Part shown: positions 38,696 to 47,375 of the stretch, one piece after another
Position numbering within the stretch: position 1 is the first letter of the stretch
Layout: every line of letters starts with the position of its first letter
Assembly (NCBI GenBank): GCA_965246885.1
Contig: OZ251992.1
Span: 736,001 to 800,000, forward strand
From: Abditibacterium sp.
GTDB taxonomy: Bacteria; Armatimonadota; Abditibacteriia; Abditibacteriales; Abditibacteriaceae
Direction of reading: 5' to 3'
Length of the DNA: 64,000 nt
Notes under the pieces: model-generated
What the model saw: only the letters and a program-made list of their open reading frames with translations
Database searches by the model: none
Told to the model about the DNA's origin: nothing
Made by a program: the position numbers and the translations under genes

Positions 38696-39790
38696 TTACA
38701 CATTGAAGCGGAAGTGCATCACGTCGCCGTCCTTAACGATGTAGTCTTTGCCTTCCAAGCGCATCTTTCCGGCGGCCTTGGCGCCCTTTTCGCCTTGGAG
38801 GTCGATGTAGTCGGCGAAGGAGATGACCTCGGCGCGGATAAAGCCGCGCTCGAAATCGGTGTGAATGACGCCTGCCGCTTGCGGGGCGGTGGCGCCGACG
38901 GGCACTTCCCACGCTCGCACTTCCTTTTCACCCGCCGTGAAGTAGGTTTGCAAGCCCAATAGCTCGTAGCCCGCGCGGATGACGCGGTTCAGACCGGGTT
39001 CGCTGAGGCCGATTTCGCCCAAGAACTCCAACTTCTCCTCGTCGCTCATCTCGACGATCTCCGCTTCAAGCGACGCGCAGATGGGCACCACTAAGGCGCC
39101 TTCGCGCTCGGCGTGCGCGCGGACTGCGGGGAGAAACTCGTTGTCGTTCAAGTTCTGCGCGTCGGATACGTTGGCCACGAACATCACCGGCTTGAGCGTC
39201 AAAAAGGCGAAGGACTTCAAGAGAAGTTTCTCGTCGTCCGACCAGCCGAGCGAACGGAGCGACGCGCCGCCGTCTAAGGTTTCGCGCGCTTGCTCTAATA
39301 ACGGCGCGATTTGCCCCGCCGCTTTGTCGCCCATCTTCGCCAGCTTCTTAGTTTTCTCAAGGCTCTTTTCAACGGTGTTCAAGTCGGCCAGAGCCAGTTC
39401 CGTGTCTATCACGGCGATGTCGTCGAGCGGCGAAACGCGCCCCGCGACGTGCACGACGTCGTCGTTTTGAAAGCAGCGCACCACATGCGCGATCGCGTCG
39501 CACGAGCGGATGTTTGCCAGAAACTGGTTGCCCAACCCCTCGCCCTTGCTCGCACCGGCAACGAGGCCCGCGATGTCCACGAACTCGGTCGCCGCCGACA
39601 GAATGCGTTGCGGGTTAACAATAGCCGCGAGTTGCGCCAAGCGCGGGTCGGGCACCTCGACGATGCCGACGTTGGGTTCGATGGTGCAAAACGGATAATT
39701 CTCCGCCGCGATGCCCGCTTTGGTCAGCGCATTAAAAAGCGTGGACTTTCCCACATTGGGAAGCCCGACGATGCCACATTGAAGACTCAT
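38696..39790 (-). CDS. ychF: Redox-regulated ATPase YchF
   Basis: [32 protein letters not shown]-terminal TGS ending FRFNV. Confidence 0.97.
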   Translation of the reverse strand: MSLQCGIVGLPNVGKSTLFNALTKAGIAAENYPFCTIEPNVGIVEVPDPRLAQLAAIVNPQRILSAATEFVDIAGLVAGASKGEGLGNQFLANIRSCDAIAHVVRCFQNDDVVHVAGRVSPLDDIAVIDTELALADLNTVEKSLEKTKKLAKMGDKAAGQIAPLLEQARETLDGGASLRSLGWSDDEKLLLKSFAFLTLKPVMFVANVSDAQNLNDNEFLPAVRAHAEREGALVVPICASLEAEIVEMSDEEKLEFLGEIGLSEPGLNRVIRAGYELLGLQTYFTAGEKEVRAWEVPVGATAPQAAGVIHTDFERGFIRAEVISFADYIDLQGEKGAKAAGKMRLEGKDYIVKDGDVMHFRFNV

Positions 39791-39943
39791 GATGAATGGG
39801 CCAAAAGTATGACGGGTGGGGGAAGAGGTTCAAGCGAGGTCGCACTTAGGCCGATGAGCCAAGGGCTTGTAGCCCAAGCAGAAAAATAAGTCTCGCTGTG
39901 CATTGGTCGCCGGTTTTGCCCGCTCTGCCTTTCCCTAAATTAT

Positions 39944-40110
39944 GTGATTCCTCGGAAGAAGCACCTGCTTCTTCGCTCCAGACACCGAATTCCCTCGAAG
40001 AAGCGGGTAACTTTTTGGAAGGATTGCCTACTTCTTCGAGGGAATTCGCTAACTCAACCGATGACCCACGTACCTCTTTCGTGGGCGTGGCTAATTGGCC
40101 GGGAAATTAA
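39944..40110. repeat. Degenerate 21-bp periodic element with 18-bp inverted repeat (family B)
   Basis: cgaattccctcgaagaag (39986) is the reverse complement of cttcttcgagggaattcg (40031); heptad-periodic translation DSSEEAP/NSLEEAG/TSSREFA. Confidence 0.75.
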
Positions 40111-40152
40111 GCCGCTCCCCACTTGATTTACCTTGTTCGATACTAAAAATTG

Positions 40153-41094
40153 ATGAGCACTGTTCCGCTTTGGGCGTGGGTAGCCTTTCACGCCGCCGTT
40201 TTTGCGGTGTTGGCGCTGGATGTGGGGGTGCTCAATCGCGGCGCCAAGGTGCCGTCGGTGAGGAACTCATTGGGGTGGACGGGGTTTTGGGTGGCGTTGT
40301 CGCTTGGGTTTTGCGCGCTGCTGCACGGACAACTGGGCGCGGCCAAGGCGGGCGAGTGGCTGTTGGCGTATGTGCTCGAATACGCGCTGAGCGTGGACAA
40401 CATCTTCGTGTTCATCGTGGTGTTACGCTTTTTCGCCGTGCCGCCAGTGCGTCAACACAAAGTGTTGCTGTGGGGCATCGTGAGCGCGTTCTTTTTGCGG
40501 GCGGCGATGCTTCTCGCGGGCACGGCGGTGATCGCGCGCTTCGCGTGGGTGGAGGTGCCCTTCGGCGCGTTCCTTGTGTACACCGCGTGGAAGCTGGCGT
40601 TCGGGTCGGATGTGCAGGTCGAACCCGCGAAGAACCCGGCGTTGCGGGCATTGCGACGCGTGGTGCCGGTGGCGGATGCGTATGACGGCGGGCACTTTTG
40701 GACACTCGACAACGGGCGCCGCGCGGCGACACCGTTGCTGGCGGTGCTACTCGTTATTGAAACAACGGACGTCTTGTTCGCGCTCGATTCCATCCCCGCG
40801 ACGCTCTCCGTCGTCAAGTCGCGCGACCTGTTCGTGGCGTATACGGCGAACATCTGCGCGATTTTGGGGCTGCGCTCCTTGTTCTTCGCCGTCGCGGGGG
40901 TAATGGGGCTGTTCCGCTTCCTCAAATACGGGTTGTCGCTTGTCCTCGCGTTCGTGGGCGCGAAGATGCTGCTGCGCTTCGCCTTCCATGTGGATTTCCC
41001 GACGTGGGCATCGTTGCTGGTCATCGCCACGATTTTGGCGGGAAGTGTGTTGCTATCCGTTTTGCGCCCGGAGCCGCCGAGCGGCGTCTCTTAA
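40153..41094 (+). CDS. TerC/Alx family metal homeostasis membrane protein
   Basis: EYALSVDNIFVF, DVLFALDSIPA, AILGLRSLFF. Confidence 0.93.
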   Translation: MSTVPLWAWVAFHAAVFAVLALDVGVLNRGAKVPSVRNSLGWTGFWVALSLGFCALLHGQLGAAKAGEWLLAYVLEYALSVDNIFVFIVVLRFFAVPPVRQHKVLLWGIVSAFFLRAAMLLAGTAVIARFAWVEVPFGAFLVYTAWKLAFGSDVQVEPAKNPALRALRRVVPVADAYDGGHFWTLDNGRRAATPLLAVLLVIETTDVLFALDSIPATLSVVKSRDLFVAYTANICAILGLRSLFFAVAGVMGLFRFLKYGLSLVLAFVGAKMLLRFAFHVDFPTWASLLVIATILAGSVLLSVLRPEPPSGVS

Positions 41095-41097
41095 GCT

Positions 41098-41877
41098 ATG
41101 AAATGGGTCTTGGGGACGGTGCCGTATCTCAACGCCTTGCCGCTCATTTGGGCGTTGGAGCGGCGCCCAGACGTTCAGTTGGTGCGGCTGTTGCCGTCGC
41201 AGTTGGGCGCGCGACTGGGGGGTGGGGAGTTGCACGCATCTCTCTCGCCGGTCTTCGACGTGCTGTCGGGGGTGGGCGAAAGCGTGTTGGGCGATGGCAT
41301 CGTGGGCGCGACGCGGGAGGTGCGTTCGGTGCTGCTCTTTCACCGGACGCCCATCGAAGCGATGCAAAGCGTGGCGCTGGATGCCAGTTCGCACTCATCG
41401 GTCAACCTGACGCGGGTGCTCCTGCGCGACTTTTACCGCGCCGTACCGCGTTTTGCCGATGCCAAGCCGAACTTAGCGAATATGCTTGCGCACCACGACG
41501 GCGCCGTTCTGATTGGCGACCCCGCCCTCGAAGCGGCGCAGGTGGCGGGTGACTGGGAAGTGCTCGACTTGGCACGCGCGTGGCACGACTTCACCGGCCT
41601 GTCGTTCACTTTTGCGGCATGGACGGGGCGGCGCGGACTGGCGGACGGAGAAGCGCGGGAACTGGCGGCGTTGCTGAACGAGGCGCGCGATGTGGGCGTG
41701 CGAAGCGTAGCGGACATTGTCGCCGCGAACCCGACGCGCTCGCCGCTTCCGGCGCCGGTGCGGGCGTCGTATCTGACGGACGCCATCGAGTATCGGCTCA
41801 CTCCCGCACACGAGGCGGGGCTACGCGAATACGCGCGGCGCCTCGACTTGCCGTTTCCGCGTTTACTTGGGGGGTGA
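41098..41877 (+). CDS. mqnA: Chorismate dehydratase (futalosine menaquinone pathway)
   Basis: VPYLNALPL, VRSVLL, SHSSVNL, LIGDPAL, W...TGLSFTFAAW. Confidence 0.85.
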   Translation: MKWVLGTVPYLNALPLIWALERRPDVQLVRLLPSQLGARLGGGELHASLSPVFDVLSGVGESVLGDGIVGATREVRSVLLFHRTPIEAMQSVALDASSHSSVNLTRVLLRDFYRAVPRFADAKPNLANMLAHHDGAVLIGDPALEAAQVAGDWEVLDLARAWHDFTGLSFTFAAWTGRRGLADGEARELAALLNEARDVGVRSVADIVAANPTRSPLPAPVRASYLTDAIEYRLTPAHEAGLREYARRLDLPFPRLLGG

Positions 41878-42692
41878 AAACTGCTCCAAAGACCAACCTT
41901 CTCACCGTCAAACCCGGCCACAAGCTGCGCCTCAAAGATGTGGACGCTTCAGCCAAGGGCGCCTACAAAGCCAAAGATGACACCCGCGACCGGCTGGACG
42001 CCCTCCTTAAGCGGCGCGACGCCTTGCAAGAGCGGCTCTACGCCGAAGGCAAGCAAAGCCTGCTCGTCGTGTTCCAAGCGATGGACACCGGCGGCAAAGA
42101 CGGCGCCACCAAGCACCTCTTGGAAGGCCTGAACCCCGCCGGTTGCACCGTCTCCGCGTTCAAAGCGCCCACCAGAACCGAGATGGCCCACGACTTCCTG
42201 TGGCGCATCCACGCCGCCACGCCCGAAAAGGGCTTCATCGGCGTGTGGAACCGCTCGCACTACGAAGATGTGCTCATCGCCCGCGTGCATGAGCTTGTGC
42301 CCGAACAGGTCTGGCGCGCGCGTTACCGCCAAATCAACGACTTCGAGGAGATGCTGTCCGAAACCGGCACCACCATCCTCAAGTTCTACTTGCACATTTC
42401 CAAAGACGAGCAAAAGGCCCGCTTGGAAGCGCGCTTGGCCGACCCCGACAAGCATTGGAAGTTCAACGTCGCCGACCTCTCCGAGCGCAAGCTGTGGGAC
42501 AAATACCAAGCCGCCTATGAGGATGCCGTCAACGAGTGCTCGACAGAGTTCGCGCCTTGGCACGTCGTCCCCGCCAACCACAAGTGGGCGCGCGACATCG
42601 CCGTCGCCGAGCGCGTCAACGCCGCGTTGGAGGCGATGAACCCGCGCTTTCCCGACATCCACTTCGACCCGAAAGCGGTCGTTGTGGAGTAG
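41874..42692 (+). CDS. ppk2: Polyphosphate kinase 2 family (class III-like)
   Basis: QAMDTGGKDG, HDFLWR, NRSHYEDVL, KHWKFN; GTGA overlap with mqnA. Confidence 0.92.
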   Translation: MKTAPKTNLLTVKPGHKLRLKDVDASAKGAYKAKDDTRDRLDALLKRRDALQERLYAEGKQSLLVVFQAMDTGGKDGATKHLLEGLNPAGCTVSAFKAPTRTEMAHDFLWRIHAATPEKGFIGVWNRSHYEDVLIARVHELVPEQVWRARYRQINDFEEMLSETGTTILKFYLHISKDEQKARLEARLADPDKHWKFNVADLSERKLWDKYQAAYEDAVNECSTEFAPWHVVPANHKWARDIAVAERVNAALEAMNPRFPDIHFDPKAVVVE

Positions 42693-42704
42693 AGCGTCGG
42701 GGCT

Positions 42705-43550
42705 TCAATACTCCTTTTGCGCGACATCCAGTGGAATCCCATCGCCGGGGAAAGTCGGCGGGATGGGCTGCAAGATGCGGCGGCGCTCCGGGGTAAGCGA
42801 CGCGAGGAACTCCGTCGGATAAACGTAGCCAAAGCGCGAGGCGCCCCAAATGGGGCCGTAGCGGTAGATGGTGACGCGGCGCTCGCCGGGGTTGACGCGG
42901 CTCGAACCGCCGTGCATCAGGCCGTCGGCGAACAAGAGGGCGTCGCCTTTGTCCATGTGGAGCGGGATGGCGCCTTCGAGGGCGTCCATGCGAGCGCCGC
43001 CGTGATAATCGCCGTGACCGGGGTGCGGGAAATGGGATTTGTGCGAGCCGGGAATAACCATCGTCGGGCCGTCGCCTTCGTGTACGTCGGAGACGGCGAG
43101 GATGATATTGATTTGGCCGCAGCGAAACACGCCGTCCTCGTAGCGGTATTTGCCGCGCGAGGCGCCCCGATAGCCGCCAGAGTGCACCGGGTGGTGCCCG
43201 CCGCTTTCGCGGATGGAAGCGATGGACTCGTCAATGAACAGCCCCGCGACGTAGGAGTGCTCTTCGCCGCCGTAGTGCCGCACGAGTTCGATCCACGCGG
43301 GGTGGTCTATCAATTCCGCGAATGGTTCGCCAAGGGTGACGGCTTGGTGAAGTTCCATGCCGGTGTGGGGGTTGTAGTCGCGGCGCTGGGCGGCGCCCAG
43401 CCATGCGCCGATGGGCAAGTCGCGCGGAAACTCGTCGAAGCGCGCGTTGAGTCGGGCCAGCAAGTCGGCATCGGCGGCGCCCTTGAGAATTAAAAAGCCG
43501 TTGAGGTCGAAGAAGAAATCGTCGCGCGCGTTGGGTTGGCGGGTCTGCAT
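42705..43550 (-). CDS. Phytanoyl-CoA dioxygenase family protein
   Basis: FDLNGFL, GPTMVIPGSHK, GDALLF.DGLMHG. Confidence 0.85.
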   Translation of the reverse strand: MQTRQPNARDDFFFDLNGFLILKGAADADLLARLNARFDEFPRDLPIGAWLGAAQRRDYNPHTGMELHQAVTLGEPFAELIDHPAWIELVRHYGGEEHSYVAGLFIDESIASIRESGGHHPVHSGGYRGASRGKYRYEDGVFRCGQINIILAVSDVHEGDGPTMVIPGSHKSHFPHPGHGDYHGGARMDALEGAIPLHMDKGDALLFADGLMHGGSSRVNPGERRVTIYRYGPIWGASRFGYVYPTEFLASLTPERRRILQPIPPTFPGDGIPLDVAQKEY

Positions 43551-43632
43551 AGTGTTGAATTCCAATACAGCACACATTTTAGCGCGCCCAAACGCTTCTG
43601 TTTCGCACGCGTCCCTAAAGTTTCTCCCGTAT

Positions 43633-43681
43633 CCTCAGCGCAAAGCCGCGCTTCGAAGGGAAGTGCGGCTTTGCGCTGAGG
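43633..43681. terminator. Long (~22-bp) hairpin downstream of the Pro/Thr-rich gene
   Basis: cctcagcgcaaagccgcgcttc / gaagtgcggctttgcgctgagg. Confidence 0.7.
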
Positions 43682-43693
43682 AGTTGGCGACCT

Positions 43694-44254
43694 TTACGAA
43701 TACGGAATTGCCGTTACCGACGGCTTCGCTCCAGTCGTGATGGGGGCCGTCGTTGCCGTTGGTTCCGGTGTTGTGGTGGGCGCCGATGTGGGCGTGGCGG
43801 TCGGACGTGGCGTCCTTGTGGGTTCCGGCTGTCTCGTCGGGCGCGGGGTGTGCGTCGCGTGTGGTATGCAGGTCGGGCGCGGGGTGGGGGTCACGCTTGG
43901 ATCGGGAGTCGGGCGCGGCGTACGCGTTGGCTCTGGCTGTCTGGTTGGACGCGGCTTGTGCGTTGGCTCCGGTGCTTCCGTTGGATGGGGGGCGTGCGTC
44001 GGGCGCGGAGTGGGCGTCACGTTCGGGTTGGGCGTCGGACGCGGGGTGCGCGTCGGGCGCGGGGTGCGCGTCGGGCGCGGCGTGCGGGACGGTTCAGGCG
44101 AGTGTTGCGGACGCGGCGTCAACGTGTTGGCGCCCGCGCTGTTCCCGTCACCGTCTGGGTGCGCGAAAGAAGCGCCGACGGCGAAAACGGATAGTGACAA
44201 GGCCATCCCTGTCGCCAGCAGAACCGAAGATTGCGTTTGTGCGCGGTTTTTCAT
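43694..44254 (-). CDS. Secreted Pro/Thr/Arg/His-rich low-complexity repeat protein
   Basis: Signal peptide ending ASFA; TPRPTR hexapeptide repeats. Confidence 0.7.
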   Translation of the reverse strand: MKNRAQTQSSVLLATGMALSLSVFAVGASFAHPDGDGNSAGANTLTPRPQHSPEPSRTPRPTRTPRPTRTPRPTPNPNVTPTPRPTHAPHPTEAPEPTHKPRPTRQPEPTRTPRPTPDPSVTPTPRPTCIPHATHTPRPTRQPEPTRTPRPTATPTSAPTTTPEPTATTAPITTGAKPSVTAIPYS

Positions 44255-44284
44255 AATGGTTGGATACGTCTTCCTCTATTTACC

Positions 44285-44887
44285 TCAATTCGCTGCCCGA
44301 TGCGATAGTTTCTCCAAAACTAAACGATTCTCCCGATAACGACGCGCCAAGAACTGTTGCATCCCGCTTGGTAGCGTCTTCCAATCGGCGCGGCCCGTTG
44401 GCGCGTAGAAGGGGTTGTAATCGGCGGGCGGCGGGGTATGGGTATGCGGTCGGTGGCGTGGCGGCGGTCCATCCCCGTCGCGGGGCGGGCGCCCCCCCCA
44501 TTCGTCACCTCGCGGCGGCCCCTCGTGGCCTTCCTCGCGCGGCGGGCGGCGGTTGGGACTTACGCCCGTGACCGCTTCCACTTTCTGCGCCAGTTGCCCC
44601 GCTTGCATGTCGCTCATCGTCGGGCGCACGGCCCAAGGTTTCACCAGCGATACCAACTGCCGCGCTTGCGCTTTGGACAATTCGTTTGGGCCGCGCTCCA
44701 ACCGCTCGGCTTCGTGCCATGCATGATCGAGTCTCCCCTTGGGGCCGTGATGGTGCGGCCCGCGCGGGTGTCCTCCCTCGTGCGGCGGCGGGCCGTCATC
44801 GGGAAGCGGTTGCGCGCATGCAAACGGCGCACGAGTGCCTAACAACAAAGGAGCGGCGAGGGCGAAAATGAGCGAAAGTCGTTGCAT
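44285..44887 (-). CDS. Secreted Pro/Gly/His-rich protein divergent from the CpxRA-like pair
   Basis: Signal peptide; helical core LSKAQARQLV; PPP-rich segments. Confidence 0.65.
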   Translation of the reverse strand: MQRLSLIFALAAPLLLGTRAPFACAQPLPDDGPPPHEGGHPRGPHHHGPKGRLDHAWHEAERLERGPNELSKAQARQLVSLVKPWAVRPTMSDMQAGQLAQKVEAVTGVSPNRRPPREEGHEGPPRGDEWGGRPPRDGDGPPPRHRPHTHTPPPADYNPFYAPTGRADWKTLPSGMQQFLARRYRENRLVLEKLSHRAAN

Positions 44888-45037
44888 CGGAAGGCGCCCC
44901 AAAGCGGCGCCTTCTAATCTTCACCATTTTGCCACAACGGAAGGCGAAGCGGGGGTTAATCCCTCTTGGGCGGCGCGTAAGATTTCTTAAGCACCTCCTT
45001 ACGGAACGCCCGCGCCGCTCGGCCTACACTGGCAGAC

Positions 45038-45766
45038 ATGGAAGAACGAGAAAACGTGTCCGTCCTCATCGTGGACGACGACGTGAAACTGGGCGACTTG
45101 GTGCGCGAGTATTTGAAGCGCGACGGCATGGACGCGCACCTGATCCACGACGGCGAAAGCGGCCTCGCGCGCGCGCAAAGTGGCGACTACCAAATCGTCG
45201 TCCTCGACGTGATGCTCCCCGGCATCGGCGGTTTTGAAGTCTTGCGCCGTTTGCGCGCGTCGGGCACGTCCACCGCGAAGTTGCCCGTCTTGATGCTAAC
45301 CGCGCGCGGCGACGAACTCGACCGCGTTCTGGGCCTTGAAATGGGCGCCGACGACTACCTCGCCAAGCCCTTTTCGCCGCGCGAATTGGTCGCGCGCTTG
45401 CGGGCCATCTTGCGCCGCGCGAGCGGGCAGGGGTTTGCCTCCGACGACGCGTCCACCAAAGTGTTGCGCGTGGACGACCTCGAACTCGACGCTGGAGCAC
45501 GCGCCGTGCGGCGCGACGGCAAGCGAGTTGACCTGACCGGCGCCGAGTTCGACCTGCTTCGGTTACTCTTGCAAAGCGCCGGGAAAATCGTGGCGCGCGA
45601 GGAAATCTCCCGCGTGGCACTGGGCCGTGAACTGATGCCCTTCGACCGCGCCATAGACGTGCACGTGTCCAACCTGCGGCGCAAAATCGGCCCCGCCGCC
45701 GACGGGAGTGAGCGCCTCAAAGCCATTCGCGGCGTCGGCTACTTGTTCGCGCGCGCCGATAATTAG
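45038..45766 (+). CDS. OmpR-family response regulator (CpxR-like)
   Basis: VVLDVMLP, LMLTARG, GADDYLAKPF, RAIDVHVSNLRRK. Confidence 0.93.
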   Translation: MEERENVSVLIVDDDVKLGDLVREYLKRDGMDAHLIHDGESGLARAQSGDYQIVVLDVMLPGIGGFEVLRRLRASGTSTAKLPVLMLTARGDELDRVLGLEMGADDYLAKPFSPRELVARLRAILRRASGQGFASDDASTKVLRVDDLELDAGARAVRRDGKRVDLTGAEFDLLRLLLQSAGKIVAREEISRVALGRELMPFDRAIDVHVSNLRRKIGPAADGSERLKAIRGVGYLFARADN

Positions 45767-45866
45767 GGGAAGAGGTTGGATGCCAAAAGTTAGAGTGGCC
45801 CCTCTGTGTCCACACCGCCTCGCGCTACTTCCTTCTCTTAACCTCTCGTTTCTAACCTCTTCTGTC

Positions 45867-47375
45867 ATGCGGACGCTGTTTTGGAAAATCTTCGCGTGGT
45901 TCGGCGCGGCGCAACTGCTCATTGTCGTCGCGCTGTATCTGCTCGCGTCCGCCACTCAACGTGGCTTCGACCGGGGGCTGGTGCGCACCGTCGGGCAAAG
46001 CCTCGAAGCCCGCTCGCGCGCGGCAGCGGTGGCCTACGAGTTGGGCGGCAACGCGGCTTTACAAGAAGCGTGGCATGCGCGCCCGTCGCACCCCGACGGG
46101 CCACCTCCCGATGATAGCCCGCCGCCGCCGCGCTTTGACGGCGACTCTTCGCCGGGGCCAGCGCCCAAAACTCTTTTCGATGGAGGCGGGCGCCCCGATG
46201 GGCCGCACGGCGGCCCGGACGAGCGCCGCTTCGCGTCGTTGTTCGTGTGGCGTAAAAGCGCGTCCACTCTGCTGATTGGCCCCGGCGTTCCCCCGGATGC
46301 GGCAGGCGTCATTACAGACGCCTTCCAAGCGGGCGAAGCCGTCAGCGACGCGGGCGGACGCTCGTTGTTGGCGCGGCGCGTGCAAACCGATTCCGGCGCG
46401 CTCTACGTCGGCGTTCAGCGCATCAACACGCGCGGTCACGCGTTCGGGCCGCTCCTTCAGTGGCTGCGGCTTGACGCCATGATGCCGATCCGCTTCGGCA
46501 TGGTCGCGGCCTTGATGGGCGCGCTGTGCTTTGGCTTGGCGCGTTACCTGTCGGCGCCTGCCCGCACCCTCGCCGGAGCCACTCGTCAACTGGCCGACGG
46601 CGACCTCTCGACCCGCGTCGGCGCCAAGATGGGCAGGCGCCGCGATGAATTAGCCGACTTGGGCCGCGACTTTGACGCGATGGCCGCGCGCATCGAAGAA
46701 CTCGTCGGCGCCCAGCGCCGCTTGCTTTCCGACATCTCCCACGAACTGCGCTCTCCGCTTGCGCGCCTCAACGTCGCTCTGGAATTGGCGGGAGACTCGC
46801 CCCCCGACGAAGCCGCCCGCTACCACGAGCGCATCCGCGAAGAAAGCGCCGAACTGGACGCCATGATCGGCCAACTGCTGTCGCTCCAGCGCCTCGAAGC
46901 CCACGAAGCCCCCATCGAACGAACGCCGCTCGACCTCGCCGCTTTGGTCAAGGGCATCGCCGATAACGTCGCTTTTGAAGCGCGCGGGCAGGGCACCGAA
47001 GTCGAAGTGCGCCGCCTCGACGCTTGCCAAATGACCGGTGACGCCGCCCTGCTCAAAAGCGCCGTGCAAAACGTGGCGCGCAACGCGGTTCTTCATTCCG
47101 GCCAGAACTGCGTCCACATCGCCCTCGAACGCAACGGCAACGAGGCCCTGCTGTGGGTGCGCGATTTTGGCCCCGGCGTGCCCGACGACGCCCTTGGCAA
47201 AATCTTCGACCCCTTCTACCGCGTCGCGTCCGCCCGCGACCGGCAAAGCGGCGGGACGGGCTTGGGCTTGTCCATCACCAAGCGCGCCGTCCAAGCGCAC
47301 GGCGGAAGCGTGCGCGCCCTCAACGTCCCCGATGGCGGCGGCTTGCGGGTTGAAATCCGCCTGCCGTTACACTAA
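45867..47375 (+). CDS. HAMP sensor histidine kinase (CpxA-like)
   Basis: MRTLFWKIF, two TM segments, HAMP, DISHELRSPLARL, GGTGLGL. Confidence 0.93.
   Translation: MRTLFWKIFAWFGAAQLLIVVALYLLASATQRGFDRGLVRTVGQSLEARSRAAAVAYELGGNAALQEAWHARPSHPDGPPPDDSPPPPRFDGDSSPGPAPKTLFDGGGRPDGPHGGPDERRFASLFVWRKSASTLLIGPGVPPDAAGVITDAFQAGEAVSDAGGRSLLARRVQTDSGALYVGVQRINTRGHAFGPLLQWLRLDAMMPIRFGMVAALMGALCFGLARYLSAPARTLAGATRQLADGDLSTRVGAKMGRRRDELADLGRDFDAMAARIEELVGAQRRLLSDISHELRSPLARLNVALELAGDSPPDEAARYHERIREESAELDAMIGQLLSLQRLEAHEAPIERTPLDLAALVKGIADNVAFEARGQGTEVEVRRLDACQMTGDAALLKSAVQNVARNAVLHSGQNCVHIALERNGNEALLWVRDFGPGVPDDALGKIFDPFYRVASARDRQSGGTGLGLSITKRAVQAHGGSVRALNVPDGGGLRVEIRLPLH

Noticed and set aside
39790..40150. 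yybP-ykoY riboswitch upstream of the TerC/Alx gene
   Set aside because: Consensus elements were not recognisable; the region is mostly a 21-bp periodic element. An Infernal scan would be decisive
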